The notes: generated by a model from the letters alone, not told the origin. DNA of 64,000 bases from an uncultured Peptostreptococcaceae bacterium (GCA_964484935.1 CAZAFW010000004.1:1911-65910), one strand, 5' to 3'; positions 30,443 to 40,380 are shown, numbered from the stretch's first letter. Program-made: numbers and translations.

Positions 30443-32125
30443 ATGAGTTTTAAGAAAGCTTTGATTTTTTCATTGGCAATCATTCTCTTATTCAGTCTTG
30501 CTTTGCCTGTTTTTGCCGAAGGAGGTGACGATGCGGCCACCTTCGGTTTCTGGTCATTGATGCCTCCGCTTATAGCGATAATTTTGGCATTTGTAACAAA
30601 ACAAGTAATCCTGTCACTCTTCCTTGGAATATTTGTTGGAGCTACAATGATGAATGGGGGGAATATTTTCTTCGGCTTCCTAAGAACCCTAGACGGTTAC
30701 ATACTGGGTTCGGCTGCCGACAGCTGGAACGCGGCAATTTTGATTTTCACCCTTACAATAGGTGGAATGATCGGTGTCATCTCCAAAATGGGAGGCACAC
30801 ATGCAATAGCCGAAGCTTTGGCAAAGAAAGCCAAAAACGCCAGAAGCGCTCAGCTTGTAACATGGGCCATGGGTTGCCTCGTATTTTTCGACGACTACGC
30901 CAACACACTGATAGTCGGACCCACAATGAGACCGCTCGCTGACAAAATGAATATTTCCAGAGAAAAACTGTCCTATATCGTAGACTCCACAGCGGCTCCT
31001 GTAGCCGGAATGGCAGTTATTTCGACATGGGTCGGATATGAGCTTGGGCTAATAAACGATGCAATGACTTCACTTGGAATCGAAGCAAACGCTTACGGAA
31101 TATTCCTACGATCGATACCTTACCGCTTTTACGACATATTCGCAATAGTCATGGTTTTCCTCGTAGCATACATGCTCAGGGATTTCGGACCAATGTATGT
31201 TGCCGAAAAACGTGCGCGCCTCACAGGAAAAGTTTTGGCCGACGGAGCCAACCCCATGGCTTCAACCGACATGGAACGCGAAATTCCCGAAGGTACGGCT
31301 CTTAGGGTTTCAAATGCTGTAATTCCGATTTTGACACTTGTGCTCGTATCGTTCGTAGGCCTTTGGTATTCCGGAGGAGGAACCGAGCTTCCCGGAACAA
31401 TGGAAGGAATCCGTACGGCTTTCGGCGATGCTGACGCTTCTGTAGCACTTATTTGGGGATCTGCAACAGCCAGTATCGTAGCAATAATACTTTCAATATC
31501 ACAAAAGATAATGAGCATCGGAGAAGCCTTCGACGCTTGGGTCGATGGGGCAAAATCACTTGTAATCACAGCCATCATACTCATTTTGGCCTGGTCGATA
31601 GGATCTGTCGCAGGCGATGTGGGAACAGCAAGCTACCTCATAGGCGTAGTAACAGAAACTCTGCCTCCGTTCATGCTTCCGCTTCTCGTATTCGCAATTT
31701 CATGCGTAGTAGCATTTGCTACTGGAACCTCATGGGGAACAATGGCGATAATGATGCCACTCGCAATTCCTTTGGCTGCCGCCTTCAATGGCAATGTGGT
31801 TGACTCGCTCATGCTTTCCACACTTTCAGCAGTCCTTACAGGATCCATTTTCGGAGATCACTGCTCTCCGATTTCCGATACAACAATAATGTCCTCAATG
31901 GCATCGGCAGCAGACCACATAGACCACGTAAAAACACAGTTTCCTTATGCTATTTTCGTAGCCTTCGTAGCAATCGCTGTCGGTTATTTGCCAGCAGGCA
32001 TGGGAATGAATCCGTTCATCTCGTTGGTTGCCGGTGTAGCATTGATTTGGATCGTTTTGAAATTCTTCGGAAAGAGCACCAAGGAAGAAGACCTCAAAGC
32101 ACTTGAAGAAAGTAAAACTGCCTGA
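30443..32125 (+). CDS. Na+/H+ antiporter NhaC-family transporter (candidate lysine-linked transporter)
   Basis: 560 aa and polytopic, with a signal-like N-terminus. The NhaC-family look (FWSLMPPLIAIILAF...) is my judgement. An AAAGGAG RBS lies upstream, and the gene sits directly behind an L-box. Confidence 0.75.
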   Translation: MSFKKALIFSLAIILLFSLALPVFAEGGDDAATFGFWSLMPPLIAIILAFVTKQVILSLFLGIFVGATMMNGGNIFFGFLRTLDGYILGSAADSWNAAILIFTLTIGGMIGVISKMGGTHAIAEALAKKAKNARSAQLVTWAMGCLVFFDDYANTLIVGPTMRPLADKMNISREKLSYIVDSTAAPVAGMAVISTWVGYELGLINDAMTSLGIEANAYGIFLRSIPYRFYDIFAIVMVFLVAYMLRDFGPMYVAEKRARLTGKVLADGANPMASTDMEREIPEGTALRVSNAVIPILTLVLVSFVGLWYSGGGTELPGTMEGIRTAFGDADASVALIWGSATASIVAIILSISQKIMSIGEAFDAWVDGAKSLVITAIILILAWSIGSVAGDVGTASYLIGVVTETLPPFMLPLLVFAISCVVAFATGTSWGTMAIMMPLAIPLAAAFNGNVVDSLMLSTLSAVLTGSIFGDHCSPISDTTIMSSMASAADHIDHVKTQFPYAIFVAFVAIAVGYLPAGMGMNPFISLVAGVALIWIVLKFFGKSTKEEDLKALEESKTA

Positions 32126-32505
32126 TGATCCGGGCATATCCACTAAAGAAAAGCAGAAAATGGCAAAGCCTTTTTCTGCTTTTTCTTGGTTTGTACATTG
32201 TTTTAACAGCCGACCTGTCGGATTCCAGATATCTTATAGGCGCAATAGTGTTTTTTACAATAGGTACATGGCAAGAAAAAATTTTTATCAACAAGGATGG
32301 AATACTCTATCAATCGCGACTTTTGCTTGTTTTTAAAATGAACACAGTCTGCAGCTTTTCGGATTCGGACAAGCTTGAACTTCTGCCTTTCAATGATGAA
32401 TACATGATGCTTCAAAATCTAAAAGGGCGGAAACTGAAAAGGGTTCTGATAGAGCCAAAGGACGAGGCTTCAGTCAAAAATTTCATTGAGCCTCATCAAA
32501 AATAA
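32125..32505 (+). CDS. Small membrane protein of unknown function (two TM segments plus a soluble domain of about 70 aa; possibly bacterial-PH-domain-like)
   Basis: 126-aa ORF whose ATG overlaps the transporter stop (TGATG), implying translational coupling. It has hydrophobic segments at about residues 15-30 and 37-50. I recognised no diagnostic motif. Confidence 0.5.
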   Translation: MIRAYPLKKSRKWQSLFLLFLGLYIVLTADLSDSRYLIGAIVFFTIGTWQEKIFINKDGILYQSRLLLVFKMNTVCSFSDSDKLELLPFNDEYMMLQNLKGRKLKRVLIEPKDEASVKNFIEPHQK

Positions 32506-32529
32506 ACCCGATGCCATAACATAAAATAA

Positions 32530-32578
32530 AATAATGATGAAGCAATGGTTGTCGCCATTGCTTCATCATTATTTTTTC
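32530..32578 (+). terminator. Intrinsic terminator of the transporter operon
   Basis: AATAATGATGAAGCAATGG-ttgtcg-CCATTGCTTCATCATTATT forms a 19-bp perfect stem, followed by TTTTT. Confidence 0.9.
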
Positions 32579-32651
32579 TTTGCTTTTTTGTTTATTATAA
32601 ACAAGATTCAATCTTTTGCTATATAATGAATATTGGAAAGGATGTGATGAA

Positions 32652-33329
32652 ATGAGACTTCATTATTTCGGACACTCGGCATTCCAGTTGAAAGGCAAAA
32701 ATTTAAATATTCTGATTGATCCCTTCCTACGGGAAAACCCTCTTTGCGAAACAGATCCGTCAGATCTTTCCGGCGTGACCCATATACTTGTTACACACGG
32801 GCATGGAGACCATATTGGAGACGCCGTGGAAATCGCCAAATCAAATGACTCTGTGATTATCTGCAACTTCGAATTGGCTTCCTTCTTTTCCTTAATGAAT
32901 GTAAAAACTCACGCAATGCACCTCGGCGGCGCACATGAGTTTTCATTCGGAAAGACAAAGATGACACTTGCCGCCCACGGTTCAGGAATAAAGACCGACA
33001 AGGGAATCGTTTGCGGCGGAAACCCGTGCGGATTCCTTGTTGAGACATGCGGCCTTAAAATATACCACGCGGGAGACACCGGACTGATTTGGGACATGAA
33101 ACTGCTTGCAGAAGAAAATATAGATTATGCGCTGCTCCCCATAGGCGGTAATTTCACAATGGATGTATCTGATGCAGTTCGAGCAGTCGATTTCATAGAG
33201 CCAAAAATATCGATACCTATGCATTACAATACGTTTTCCCTCATAGAAGCCTCTCCTGAAATTTTCAAGAAATTAGTCAAAAAAGGACAAGCAGTTATAA
33301 TGAAACCAAATACCGCAATTGATATTTAG
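32652..33329 (+). CDS. UPF0173-type metallo-beta-lactamase-fold hydrolase
   Basis: MRLHYFGHSAFQL...VTHGHGDHIGD is the HxHxDH motif. The start is the ATG at 32652, after GGAAAGGA. Confidence 0.8.
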   Translation: MRLHYFGHSAFQLKGKNLNILIDPFLRENPLCETDPSDLSGVTHILVTHGHGDHIGDAVEIAKSNDSVIICNFELASFFSLMNVKTHAMHLGGAHEFSFGKTKMTLAAHGSGIKTDKGIVCGGNPCGFLVETCGLKIYHAGDTGLIWDMKLLAEENIDYALLPIGGNFTMDVSDAVRAVDFIEPKISIPMHYNTFSLIEASPEIFKKLVKKGQAVIMKPNTAIDI

Positions 33330-33341
33330 ACAGGAGTTTAC

Positions 33342-34232
33342 ATGGACAATGAACGCAAAGGAATCTTTTGGGTCCTACTTTCAACATTTTTCTTCGCACT
33401 TATGGGGATTGTTGTCAAGTGGACTCCCGAAATTCCCGTATTCGAAAAAGTTCTTGCGCGAAATCTGACAGGCGCAATAATAATGTTCTACATAATAAAA
33501 AAAGAAAATATTCCTTTAAGGCTCAACCATGCTCCTCTTATGCTTTACAGGTCCGTAAACGGAACTCTTGGAATCCTGACCCAGTTTTGGGCCATTTCAC
33601 TTCTTCCACTTGCGAACGCAGTCATACTCAACAGCCTTTCGCCCTTTTTTGTTCTGTTTTTGGCATATGTCTTTCTCGGCGAAAAGATACGGTCAAAATC
33701 TATATTGGCGATATTTATTGCCTTGTCCGGTTCGCTTCTTGTAGTAAAGCCCGCATCGGGAATTGACTTGTTCCCATCTTTGGTGGGAGTTTCTTCAGCC
33801 TTCTTCGCGGCAAGCACATTCGTGCTTCTCCGAAAACTGAAAAAATACAACCCGCCGGAAATAAACGTGTTCTATTTTTTGATTTTCTCCGTAATCCTTA
33901 TTTCACCAATGGCGGCTATGAATTTTGTTGTGCCAAGTGCCTCGCAGGCTGCCAAACTCTTTGTCATAGGCATATTCGGAACAGCAGCTCAAATAACCAT
34001 GACGGTAGCATACAAGTACGCTGAGGCTTCAAAACTGGCAATATACATTTATCTCAACATCGTCATGTCGTCTATTTTTGCCGTATTTATGTTCGGTGAA
34101 ATCCCCGATTTCTTGAGCGTTTTCGGAGGTTTTCTGATAATAATCGGCGGATATGTTAACTACAGGGCGGCTTTAAAATCAAAACAAACAAATATCAAGG
34201 AGGACATTGCATGTCAGAAATCTCATTTGTAA
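33342..34232 (+). CDS. DMT-superfamily (EamA-like) transporter
   Basis: 296 aa with 10 predicted TM segments arranged as two EamA-like halves. Confidence 0.8.
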   Translation: MDNERKGIFWVLLSTFFFALMGIVVKWTPEIPVFEKVLARNLTGAIIMFYIIKKENIPLRLNHAPLMLYRSVNGTLGILTQFWAISLLPLANAVILNSLSPFFVLFLAYVFLGEKIRSKSILAIFIALSGSLLVVKPASGIDLFPSLVGVSSAFFAASTFVLLRKLKKYNPPEINVFYFLIFSVILISPMAAMNFVVPSASQAAKLFVIGIFGTAAQITMTVAYKYAEASKLAIYIYLNIVMSSIFAVFMFGEIPDFLSVFGGFLIIIGGYVNYRAALKSKQTNIKEDIACQKSHL

Positions 34233-35461
34233 CCCCAAAATGCCGATATCCCGGAGGAGACGACAAGATATTCGGAGCCAACGCAAGGGCCAATAAAAAG
34301 GCAGGAGAAATCGGTTTTGAAAATGTAATCAACGCAACAGTCGGAGCCTTGCTAAACGATGACGGAAGCCTTTCAGTGATGAAGTCCGTGATGAACCATT
34401 TCCGTAGCCTTCCGGATGCTGAAATTTCAGCTTACGCACCGATTGCAGGCCTTCCCGAATTCCGAACAGCAGCCATAGAGGCGTGCTTCGGCGATTATCG
34501 GCCTGACGGCCATATTGAGGCAGTAGCAACTCCCGGCGGTTCCGGAGCAATAAGAAACACAATATGGAACTACTCGGATCCGGGAGATGCAATCCTTACC
34601 TCGGACTGGTATTGGGGTCCATACGACACCCAGGCCACGGTAAACGGACGCAGGCTTGAAACCTACAAGCTCTTCACCGAATCAAACGAATTCAATATAG
34701 ACGCCTTCCGCAGGAAGACAGAAAAACTTGTCAAGGCACAAGACCGTCTGGTAATACTTCTCAACTCTCCCGCTCACAATCCCACCGGTTACAGCCTGAC
34801 AGACAAGGAATGGGATTTTGTAATGGGTACAATATGCAAGCAGGCTGAAAATCCCGACAAAAGAATAGTTCTTTTTGCGGACATAGCATATATAGATTTT
34901 GCGGGCGATGGCTCATCGAGAGCATTCATGAAATCTTTCGGCAACCTGCCTGAGAACGTTCTGGTCATAGTCGCATACTCCATGTCAAAAGCCTTCACGC
35001 TCTACGGACTCAGAAGCGGAGCCATGATTTGCGTTTCGTCAAACGAATACGCAACAAAGGAATTCTTCAATTCCTGCCAGGTCGCCAACCGCGGCACATG
35101 GTCAAATGGAACAAGGGGCGCCCAGAAACTTTTGGCCGATGTCTACGCAGATGAAAATCTGAAGAAGGAAATAGAGTGGGAAAGGGCCTACTACAAAACA
35201 CTTCTTAAAGAGAGGGCAAAGTCCTTCCAAAAGGCCTCCGAAGAGGCCGGTCTAAAGATATGCCCATACAAGCATGGATTCTTCGTTACCGTCCCATGCG
35301 GCAATCCAAACCAAGTAGCGGAAGAATTGGAGAAAAGAAACATCTATGCCGTAGCGCTCCAAAAAGGCCTTAGATTCGCTGTTTGCTCCGTTTCCAGGGA
35401 TAAATGCGCAAAGGCTCCAAAGATAATAAAAGAAGTAATAGATAAAACAAGTGGAAAGTAG
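34211..35461 (+). CDS. Class I/II PLP-dependent aminotransferase (aspartate/aromatic type)
   Basis: 416 aa with the PLP-lysine block YSMSKAFTLYGLRSG and the NSPAHNPTG motif. It overlaps the preceding gene by 22 nt. Confidence 0.85.
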   Translation: MSEISFVTPKCRYPGGDDKIFGANARANKKAGEIGFENVINATVGALLNDDGSLSVMKSVMNHFRSLPDAEISAYAPIAGLPEFRTAAIEACFGDYRPDGHIEAVATPGGSGAIRNTIWNYSDPGDAILTSDWYWGPYDTQATVNGRRLETYKLFTESNEFNIDAFRRKTEKLVKAQDRLVILLNSPAHNPTGYSLTDKEWDFVMGTICKQAENPDKRIVLFADIAYIDFAGDGSSRAFMKSFGNLPENVLVIVAYSMSKAFTLYGLRSGAMICVSSNEYATKEFFNSCQVANRGTWSNGTRGAQKLLADVYADENLKKEIEWERAYYKTLLKERAKSFQKASEEAGLKICPYKHGFFVTVPCGNPNQVAEELEKRNIYAVALQKGLRFAVCSVSRDKCAKAPKIIKEVIDKTSGK

Positions 35462-35480
35462 CAAGAAAAAGATTAAAGAA

Positions 35481-35574
35481 CAGATGCCAGATATCAGATG
35501 TCAGATATCAGATGTCAGGTATCAGATGTCAGATGTCAGGTATCAGATGTCAGGTATCAGATGTCAGGTATCAG
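35481..35574 (+). repeat. Tandem array of 13 heptamers CAG(A/G)T(A/G)(T/C), flanked by a 14-bp direct repeat
   Basis: Read directly: cagatgc cagatat cagatgt cagatat cagatgt caggtat cagatgt cagatgt caggtat cagatgt caggtat cagatgt caggtat cag. The sequence AGAAAAAGATTAAA occurs at 35464..35477 and again at 35573..35586. Confidence 0.95.
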
Positions 35575-35784
35575 AAAAAGATTAAAAAAACAACTTGTAG
35601 CGTGAAGTGGACAGTTTGCAGTGGGCAGTTTGCAGTAAACGATAAAAGACAGCACGTGGCATGCAGGAAGAACAGTGGAAAGGAAAAGCTGTAAAAGGCA
35701 GTAGAAGGTAAAATCCAAGATTGGCAACACGCTTGGCAAACAAGTACTTTCACCGTCAGCAAAATTCAAGATTATGCAAAAAGT

Positions 35785-35849
35785 AAAAAAGACAAGGCCA
35801 CAACCCGATTAATCATGTGTTTGGGTTGATTTGGCTCTTGTCTTTTTTT
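35785..35849. terminator. Long bidirectional terminator-like hairpin between the aminotransferase and lspA
   Basis: AAAAAAGACAAG-GCCA-c-AACCC...GGGTT-gat-TGGC-TCTTGTCTTTTTTT, with an A-run before it and a T-run after it. Confidence 0.7.
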
Positions 35850-35944
35850 ACTTGGTTTTTCCTGCCTACTGCCCGCTGCAAAATGTATTTCCAATACGTG
35901 ACCTAGCGATTTTTCTAAGTCACCGCTGAAATTCGGCTTTCTCG

Positions 35945-36394
35945 TCAAGCTGAGGCTTTGTCGAAGATTATAATGTACCCCAGCAAAACAGCCCCCACCA
36001 CAATGAAGCTGTCAGCAACATTGAAAATCGCAAAGTCGATCAGCCTGAAATCTATAAAGTCTATCACATAGTCGAACATTATGCGGTCCATCCAGTTTCC
36101 TGTTGCGCCGCCTATTACCATTGACATGGCAATGTTTGCCAATGCACTCATATGCTTTCGCTCTCTCCAAAAATAATAGCACATGACGATTATGACCATT
36201 CCGGTAATTATTATGAGAAGACTCTGCCTTCCCTTAAGAATGCTGAACGCCGCCCCGGTGTTTTCAGCATATGTCAAATGAATAACGCCTTGAGCAATTG
36301 GAATCGTGTCTATTTTCTGCAGATGCATAGCTGCCATGTATTTTGTGATTCGGTCCAAAATCAAAATTGCAAAGATCATCATAAGATTGTACAT
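35945..36394 (-). CDS. lspA: Lipoprotein signal peptidase II
   Basis: 149 aa with four TM segments and the motifs NTGAAFS and FNVADSFIVVG. Confidence 0.93.
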   Translation of the reverse strand: MYNLMMIFAILILDRITKYMAAMHLQKIDTIPIAQGVIHLTYAENTGAAFSILKGRQSLLIIITGMVIIVMCYYFWRERKHMSALANIAMSMVIGGATGNWMDRIMFDYVIDFIDFRLIDFAIFNVADSFIVVGAVLLGYIIIFDKASA

Positions 36395-36416
36395 GGTCCA
36401 CCCCCTCAGGCGTCGT

Positions 36417-37811
36417 CTAGAATTCCGAATTTTTAGGCGTCCTAGGGAAAGGAAGCACGTCCCTAATATTGCTCATCCCAGTTATATACATAATTACACG
36501 CTCTAGCCCCAGTCCGTATCCAGCATGCTTTGCTCCTCCGTACTTCCTCAGTTCCTTGTACCACCAGTAGTCGTCCTGGTTGAGGTTCATTTCATCTATT
36601 CTTCTTTCGAGAACATCATAGCGCTCTTCCCTTTGGCTTCCACCGATTATCTCGCCGACACCCGGAACAAGAAGGTCCATTGCCGCAACAGTATTTTCAT
36701 CATCGTTTAGGCGCATGTAAAAGGCCTTTATATCCTTTGGGTAATCAGTAACAAAGATGGGTTTTTTGAATATTTTTTCTGTCAGGTATCTTTCGTGCTC
36801 GGTCTGAAGGTCGCAGCCCCATTCTACGGGATACTGAAAATCAACCCCTGATTCTTTTAGCAGCTCTATCGCCTTTGTATATGTTATTCTTCCAAAATCA
36901 GAATTCACAACATTCTCGAGCCTGCCTCCCAGACCCTTGTCGATGAATTTGTTGAAGAAATCCATTTCATCGGGAGCCTTTTCCATTACATAATTTATCA
37001 CATACTTGATCATGTCCTCGGCTAGAGCCATATTGTCATCGAGATCGGCAAAAGCTATTTCCGGCTCTATCATCCAAAACTCGGATGCATGCCTTGCCGT
37101 GTTTGAGTTTTCAGCCCGAAATGTCGGCCCGAATGTGTACACGTTTCTGAATGCAAGCGCAAATATTTCAGCCTCAAGCTGTCCGCTGACCGTAAGATTG
37201 GACTCTTTTCCAAAGAAATCGCTCTCATAGTCAATTTTCCCCTCCTCGTCCTTTGGAACATCATTGAGATCGAGGGTGGTCACCCTGAACATTTCCCCTG
37301 CGCCTTCGCAGTCGCTACCTGTAATGATTGGGGTATGAACATATACAAAGCCCCGGTCCTGAAAGAATTTGTGAAGCGCATAGCTAACGAGCGACCTGAC
37401 TCTGAATACGGCCGAAAAAGTGTTGCTCCTGGGCCTAAGGTGGGCTATTGTCCTGAGGTATTCAAATGTATGCCTCTTCTTTTGTAGCGGATATGTTTTT
37501 TCTGATTGACCCTGCACTTCTATGGAATCGGCCTTTATTTCAAATGCCTGCTTTGCATCCGGAGTCAGCACCAGTTTTCCCTCTACCGAAACGGACGCGC
37601 TTATGCCCAGCTTTTTTATCTCTTCAAAATTCTCAAGATTCTCCTCGAATACAATCTGTATATTCTTGAAAAAAGTCCCGTCGTTCAACTCTATGAAACC
37701 AAAAGCCTTTGAAGACCTTATAGTTCGTATCCAGCCTGCAACAGATACAGTTTTGCCGGCAAATGCATCCGGATTTTTATAGATGTCCCTTACCAATTCA
37801 AATTTTTTCAT
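36417..37811 (-). CDS. asnS: Asparagine--tRNA ligase
   Basis: It has the class IIb motifs ([26 protein letters not shown]). The start is the ATG at 37811 (MKKFELVRD) after GAGGGGAG. The 36 upstream codons in the ORF track are T-box leader RNA. Confidence 0.95.
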   Translation of the reverse strand: MKKFELVRDIYKNPDAFAGKTVSVAGWIRTIRSSKAFGFIELNDGTFFKNIQIVFEENLENFEEIKKLGISASVSVEGKLVLTPDAKQAFEIKADSIEVQGQSEKTYPLQKKRHTFEYLRTIAHLRPRSNTFSAVFRVRSLVSYALHKFFQDRGFVYVHTPIITGSDCEGAGEMFRVTTLDLNDVPKDEEGKIDYESDFFGKESNLTVSGQLEAEIFALAFRNVYTFGPTFRAENSNTARHASEFWMIEPEIAFADLDDNMALAEDMIKYVINYVMEKAPDEMDFFNKFIDKGLGGRLENVVNSDFGRITYTKAIELLKESGVDFQYPVEWGCDLQTEHERYLTEKIFKKPIFVTDYPKDIKAFYMRLNDDENTVAAMDLLVPGVGEIIGGSQREERYDVLERRIDEMNLNQDDYWWYKELRKYGGAKHAGYGLGLERVIMYITGMSNIRDVLPFPRTPKNSEF

Positions 37812-37844
37812 TCCATGTTCTCCCCTCGCAATATATTTTCGCAT

Positions 37845-38090
37845 ATTAAAAGCCTTCCATCCCGCGTAAGGAACGAAAGGCTTTTCCGCGGTGCCACCCG
37901 ATTGACAGTCTCTGCCCATCTCATTATCGATATAACGGTCGATTCCGTCTGCGCCTACTAATTTCTCTTTTCGGGCAGAAGCTCGGAAGGGTTCTTAGTC
38001 AAATGCTCCACACCGGACTCACACCATCTCCGGTTCGCTATAGGCTTCTGCGCAAGACTACTCTCTTCCTCATCGCTTAATATTTCATTA
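37845..38090 (-). promoter_or_regulatory. T-box leader (tRNA-sensing riboswitch) of asnS
   Basis: On the minus strand there is an AGAGAGTA GA-motif and a stem I helix GCAGAAGC...GCTTCTGC. An AAC (Asn) triplet at 37993..37991 is the candidate specifier. The T-box sequence AATCGGGTGGCACCGCGG lies at 37886..37903. A terminator AAAGCCTTTC...GGAAGGCTTTTAAT lies at 37848..37885. Confidence 0.85.
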
Positions 38091-38095
38091 TCGCC

Positions 38096-38124
38096 ATTAT
38101 ATTATAGCCATGTCATGTTGTCAA
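38096..38124 (-). promoter_or_regulatory. Sigma-A-type promoter of the asnS T-box leader
   Basis: On the minus strand, TTGACA (38124..38119) is followed by 17 nt and then TATAAT (38101..38096). Confidence 0.7.
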
Positions 38125-38138
38125 AGCATTCAAAACCG

Positions 38139-39695
38139 TTAAAGGAGAGGCGATAGAAGCCTTCCGTAGGATTCCAGGAATTTGACTCCCAATCCTCTTT
38201 TTCTATGTTCTTCAAGCTGAATCTCCCTGCTTTCGCTTATATCGCCCAAAAAATCCCTTTCCAGTTTTTTAACTGTTTTTCGGTCGTATATGAATGCATT
38301 CACCTCAAAATTTATTTCAAGACTTCTTATGTCAAGATTTGCAGTACCCACCGATGCGACAGTATCATCGACGATAAACACTTTGCTGTGCATAAATCCC
38401 TTTTCATATGTATATATTTTGACTCCGGCTTCGAGCAAATCCTCGACATTGCCGCGGGAGGCCCAATAAACAGTGAAATGGTCGGGCTTGCTCGGCATTA
38501 TTATCCTTACGTCCAAACCGCTTAGCGCAGCCGTTTTTAGAGCCACACTGAGGCTCTTGTCCGGCACAAGGTAAGGGGTCATTATCCAAATCCTCGACTT
38601 GGCTGCGGTAATCATAGTGAAATACGCCTGCTGAATCGATTCCCAATCTGAATCCGGCCCGCTTGAGCTTATCTGCAGAAGCTCGTCGCCTCTGTAGTCA
38701 ATCTTCGGATAATAATTTATGCCTTCAAGGTATTCTCCCGAAACAAACTCCCAATCCTTGAGAAAAATATTCTGCAGTATGTAAACTCCTTCACCTTCCA
38801 TTCGCATATGCGTGTCTCTCCAGTATCCCAAACGGGAATCGTTTCCAAGATATTCGTCCCCTATGTTCATTCCTCCGACAAATCCAACCTTGCCGTCTAC
38901 AACTACAATCTTTCTGTGGTTCCTGTAATTAAGCTCCCTGCTCAAGACAGGAAATATGACAGGAAAAAACTCCCTGACCTCCACGCCGCTTCTCCTAAGC
39001 GATTCGATATAATTCTTCGACAACCCCCAGCATCCTACGCTGTCATATATCAAACGGACTTCGACTCCCTCAGCCGCTTTTTTAATAAGTGTTTCACGTA
39101 TTATGTTTCCAATTTCATCGTCCTTTATTATGAAATATTCCAGATGTATCTGTTCTTTTGCATTGCGAAGCGCCCTTATGATTGCGCTATAGGTTTCCCT
39201 TCCGTTCGAATATATCTCAGTGGAATTGTTTACTGTGAAAACAGCATTTGAATTGTTGAGCAGAAGCCTTGCCAATTTTTTATTTACGGGGGAATCAAGT
39301 TCTCCCGTCATCGGATAATCCGCCATCATTTCCTTCTGCAGGTTCACGGTATTTTCAAGGTGTTTCGAACCTATGCGTTTCTTTTTCGAAAATATCCTTT
39401 TACGTCTGTAGCTTTGGCCAAACATTATGTAAAAAACAAACCCTACGAACGGAAGCACAACAAGCACCAGAAGCCACGCCATTGTTTTAGCGGGGTCCTT
39501 GCTTTCAAAAAAAATAACGACACCGACAAGGGCTGTATAAGCTGTAAAAACTGTAATCAGCACGCCTTTTGCCTTGGATAAAAAATATCCGAATATTCCT
39601 ATCGACATGAATTCATAACTCAATAAAAAAATTGCCACAATTATTATTATAATAATTACAATTGTCGCAATGCTTCTTTTCGACATTTTTTTCAT
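38139..39695 (-). CDS. cls: Cardiolipin synthase
   Basis: 518 aa with N-terminal TM segments and two PLD HKD motifs (NHRKIVVVDG and MHSKVFIVDD). Confidence 0.93.
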   Translation of the reverse strand: MKKMSKRSIATIVIIIIIIVAIFLLSYEFMSIGIFGYFLSKAKGVLITVFTAYTALVGVVIFFESKDPAKTMAWLLVLVVLPFVGFVFYIMFGQSYRRKRIFSKKKRIGSKHLENTVNLQKEMMADYPMTGELDSPVNKKLARLLLNNSNAVFTVNNSTEIYSNGRETYSAIIRALRNAKEQIHLEYFIIKDDEIGNIIRETLIKKAAEGVEVRLIYDSVGCWGLSKNYIESLRRSGVEVREFFPVIFPVLSRELNYRNHRKIVVVDGKVGFVGGMNIGDEYLGNDSRLGYWRDTHMRMEGEGVYILQNIFLKDWEFVSGEYLEGINYYPKIDYRGDELLQISSSGPDSDWESIQQAYFTMITAAKSRIWIMTPYLVPDKSLSVALKTAALSGLDVRIIMPSKPDHFTVYWASRGNVEDLLEAGVKIYTYEKGFMHSKVFIVDDTVASVGTANLDIRSLEINFEVNAFIYDRKTVKKLERDFLGDISESREIQLEEHRKRGLGVKFLESYGRLLSPLL

Positions 39696-39780
39696 TTTTA
39701 CCCCCGCAAAAAATAATCCTGCTTTATATCATTATACCCTTTAATCCAGGCCTGTGTTAAGTACAATATCCATAATCTTC

Positions 39781-39808
39781 TTGAGAAAAACATCCTTTTC
39801 GCTATAAT
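39781..39808 (+). promoter_or_regulatory. Candidate promoter of pyrR
   Basis: TTGAGA (39781..39786) is followed by 16 nt and then TATAAT (39803..39808). Confidence 0.5.
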
Positions 39809-39813
39809 GATAG

Positions 39814-40380
<567 letters not shown>

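Noticed and set aside
32125-32336. Overlapping small ORFs around the end of the transporter gene (32103..32336 plus strand, 32094..32294 minus strand, 32203..32415 minus strand)
   Set aside because: Only the 32125..32505 frame is stop-start coupled to the transporter and has membrane-protein-like composition. The others are overlapping alternative frames with no start signals.
35481-35574. Possible CRISPR array or coding repeat. The ORF track shows the 60-aa ORF MSGIRCQMSGIRCQ at 35512..35694.
   Set aside because: The units are 7 bp with no spacers, so this is not CRISPR architecture. The ORF is an artefact of reading through the repeat, and it has no RBS.
39748-39775. A PyrR-binding-loop-like sequence CCTTTAATCCAGGCCTGTGTTAAG upstream of pyrR
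   Set aside because: It lies upstream of the best promoter candidate (TTGAGA-16-TATAAT at 39781..39808), so it is probably not transcribed. No terminator or antiterminator pair follows it.
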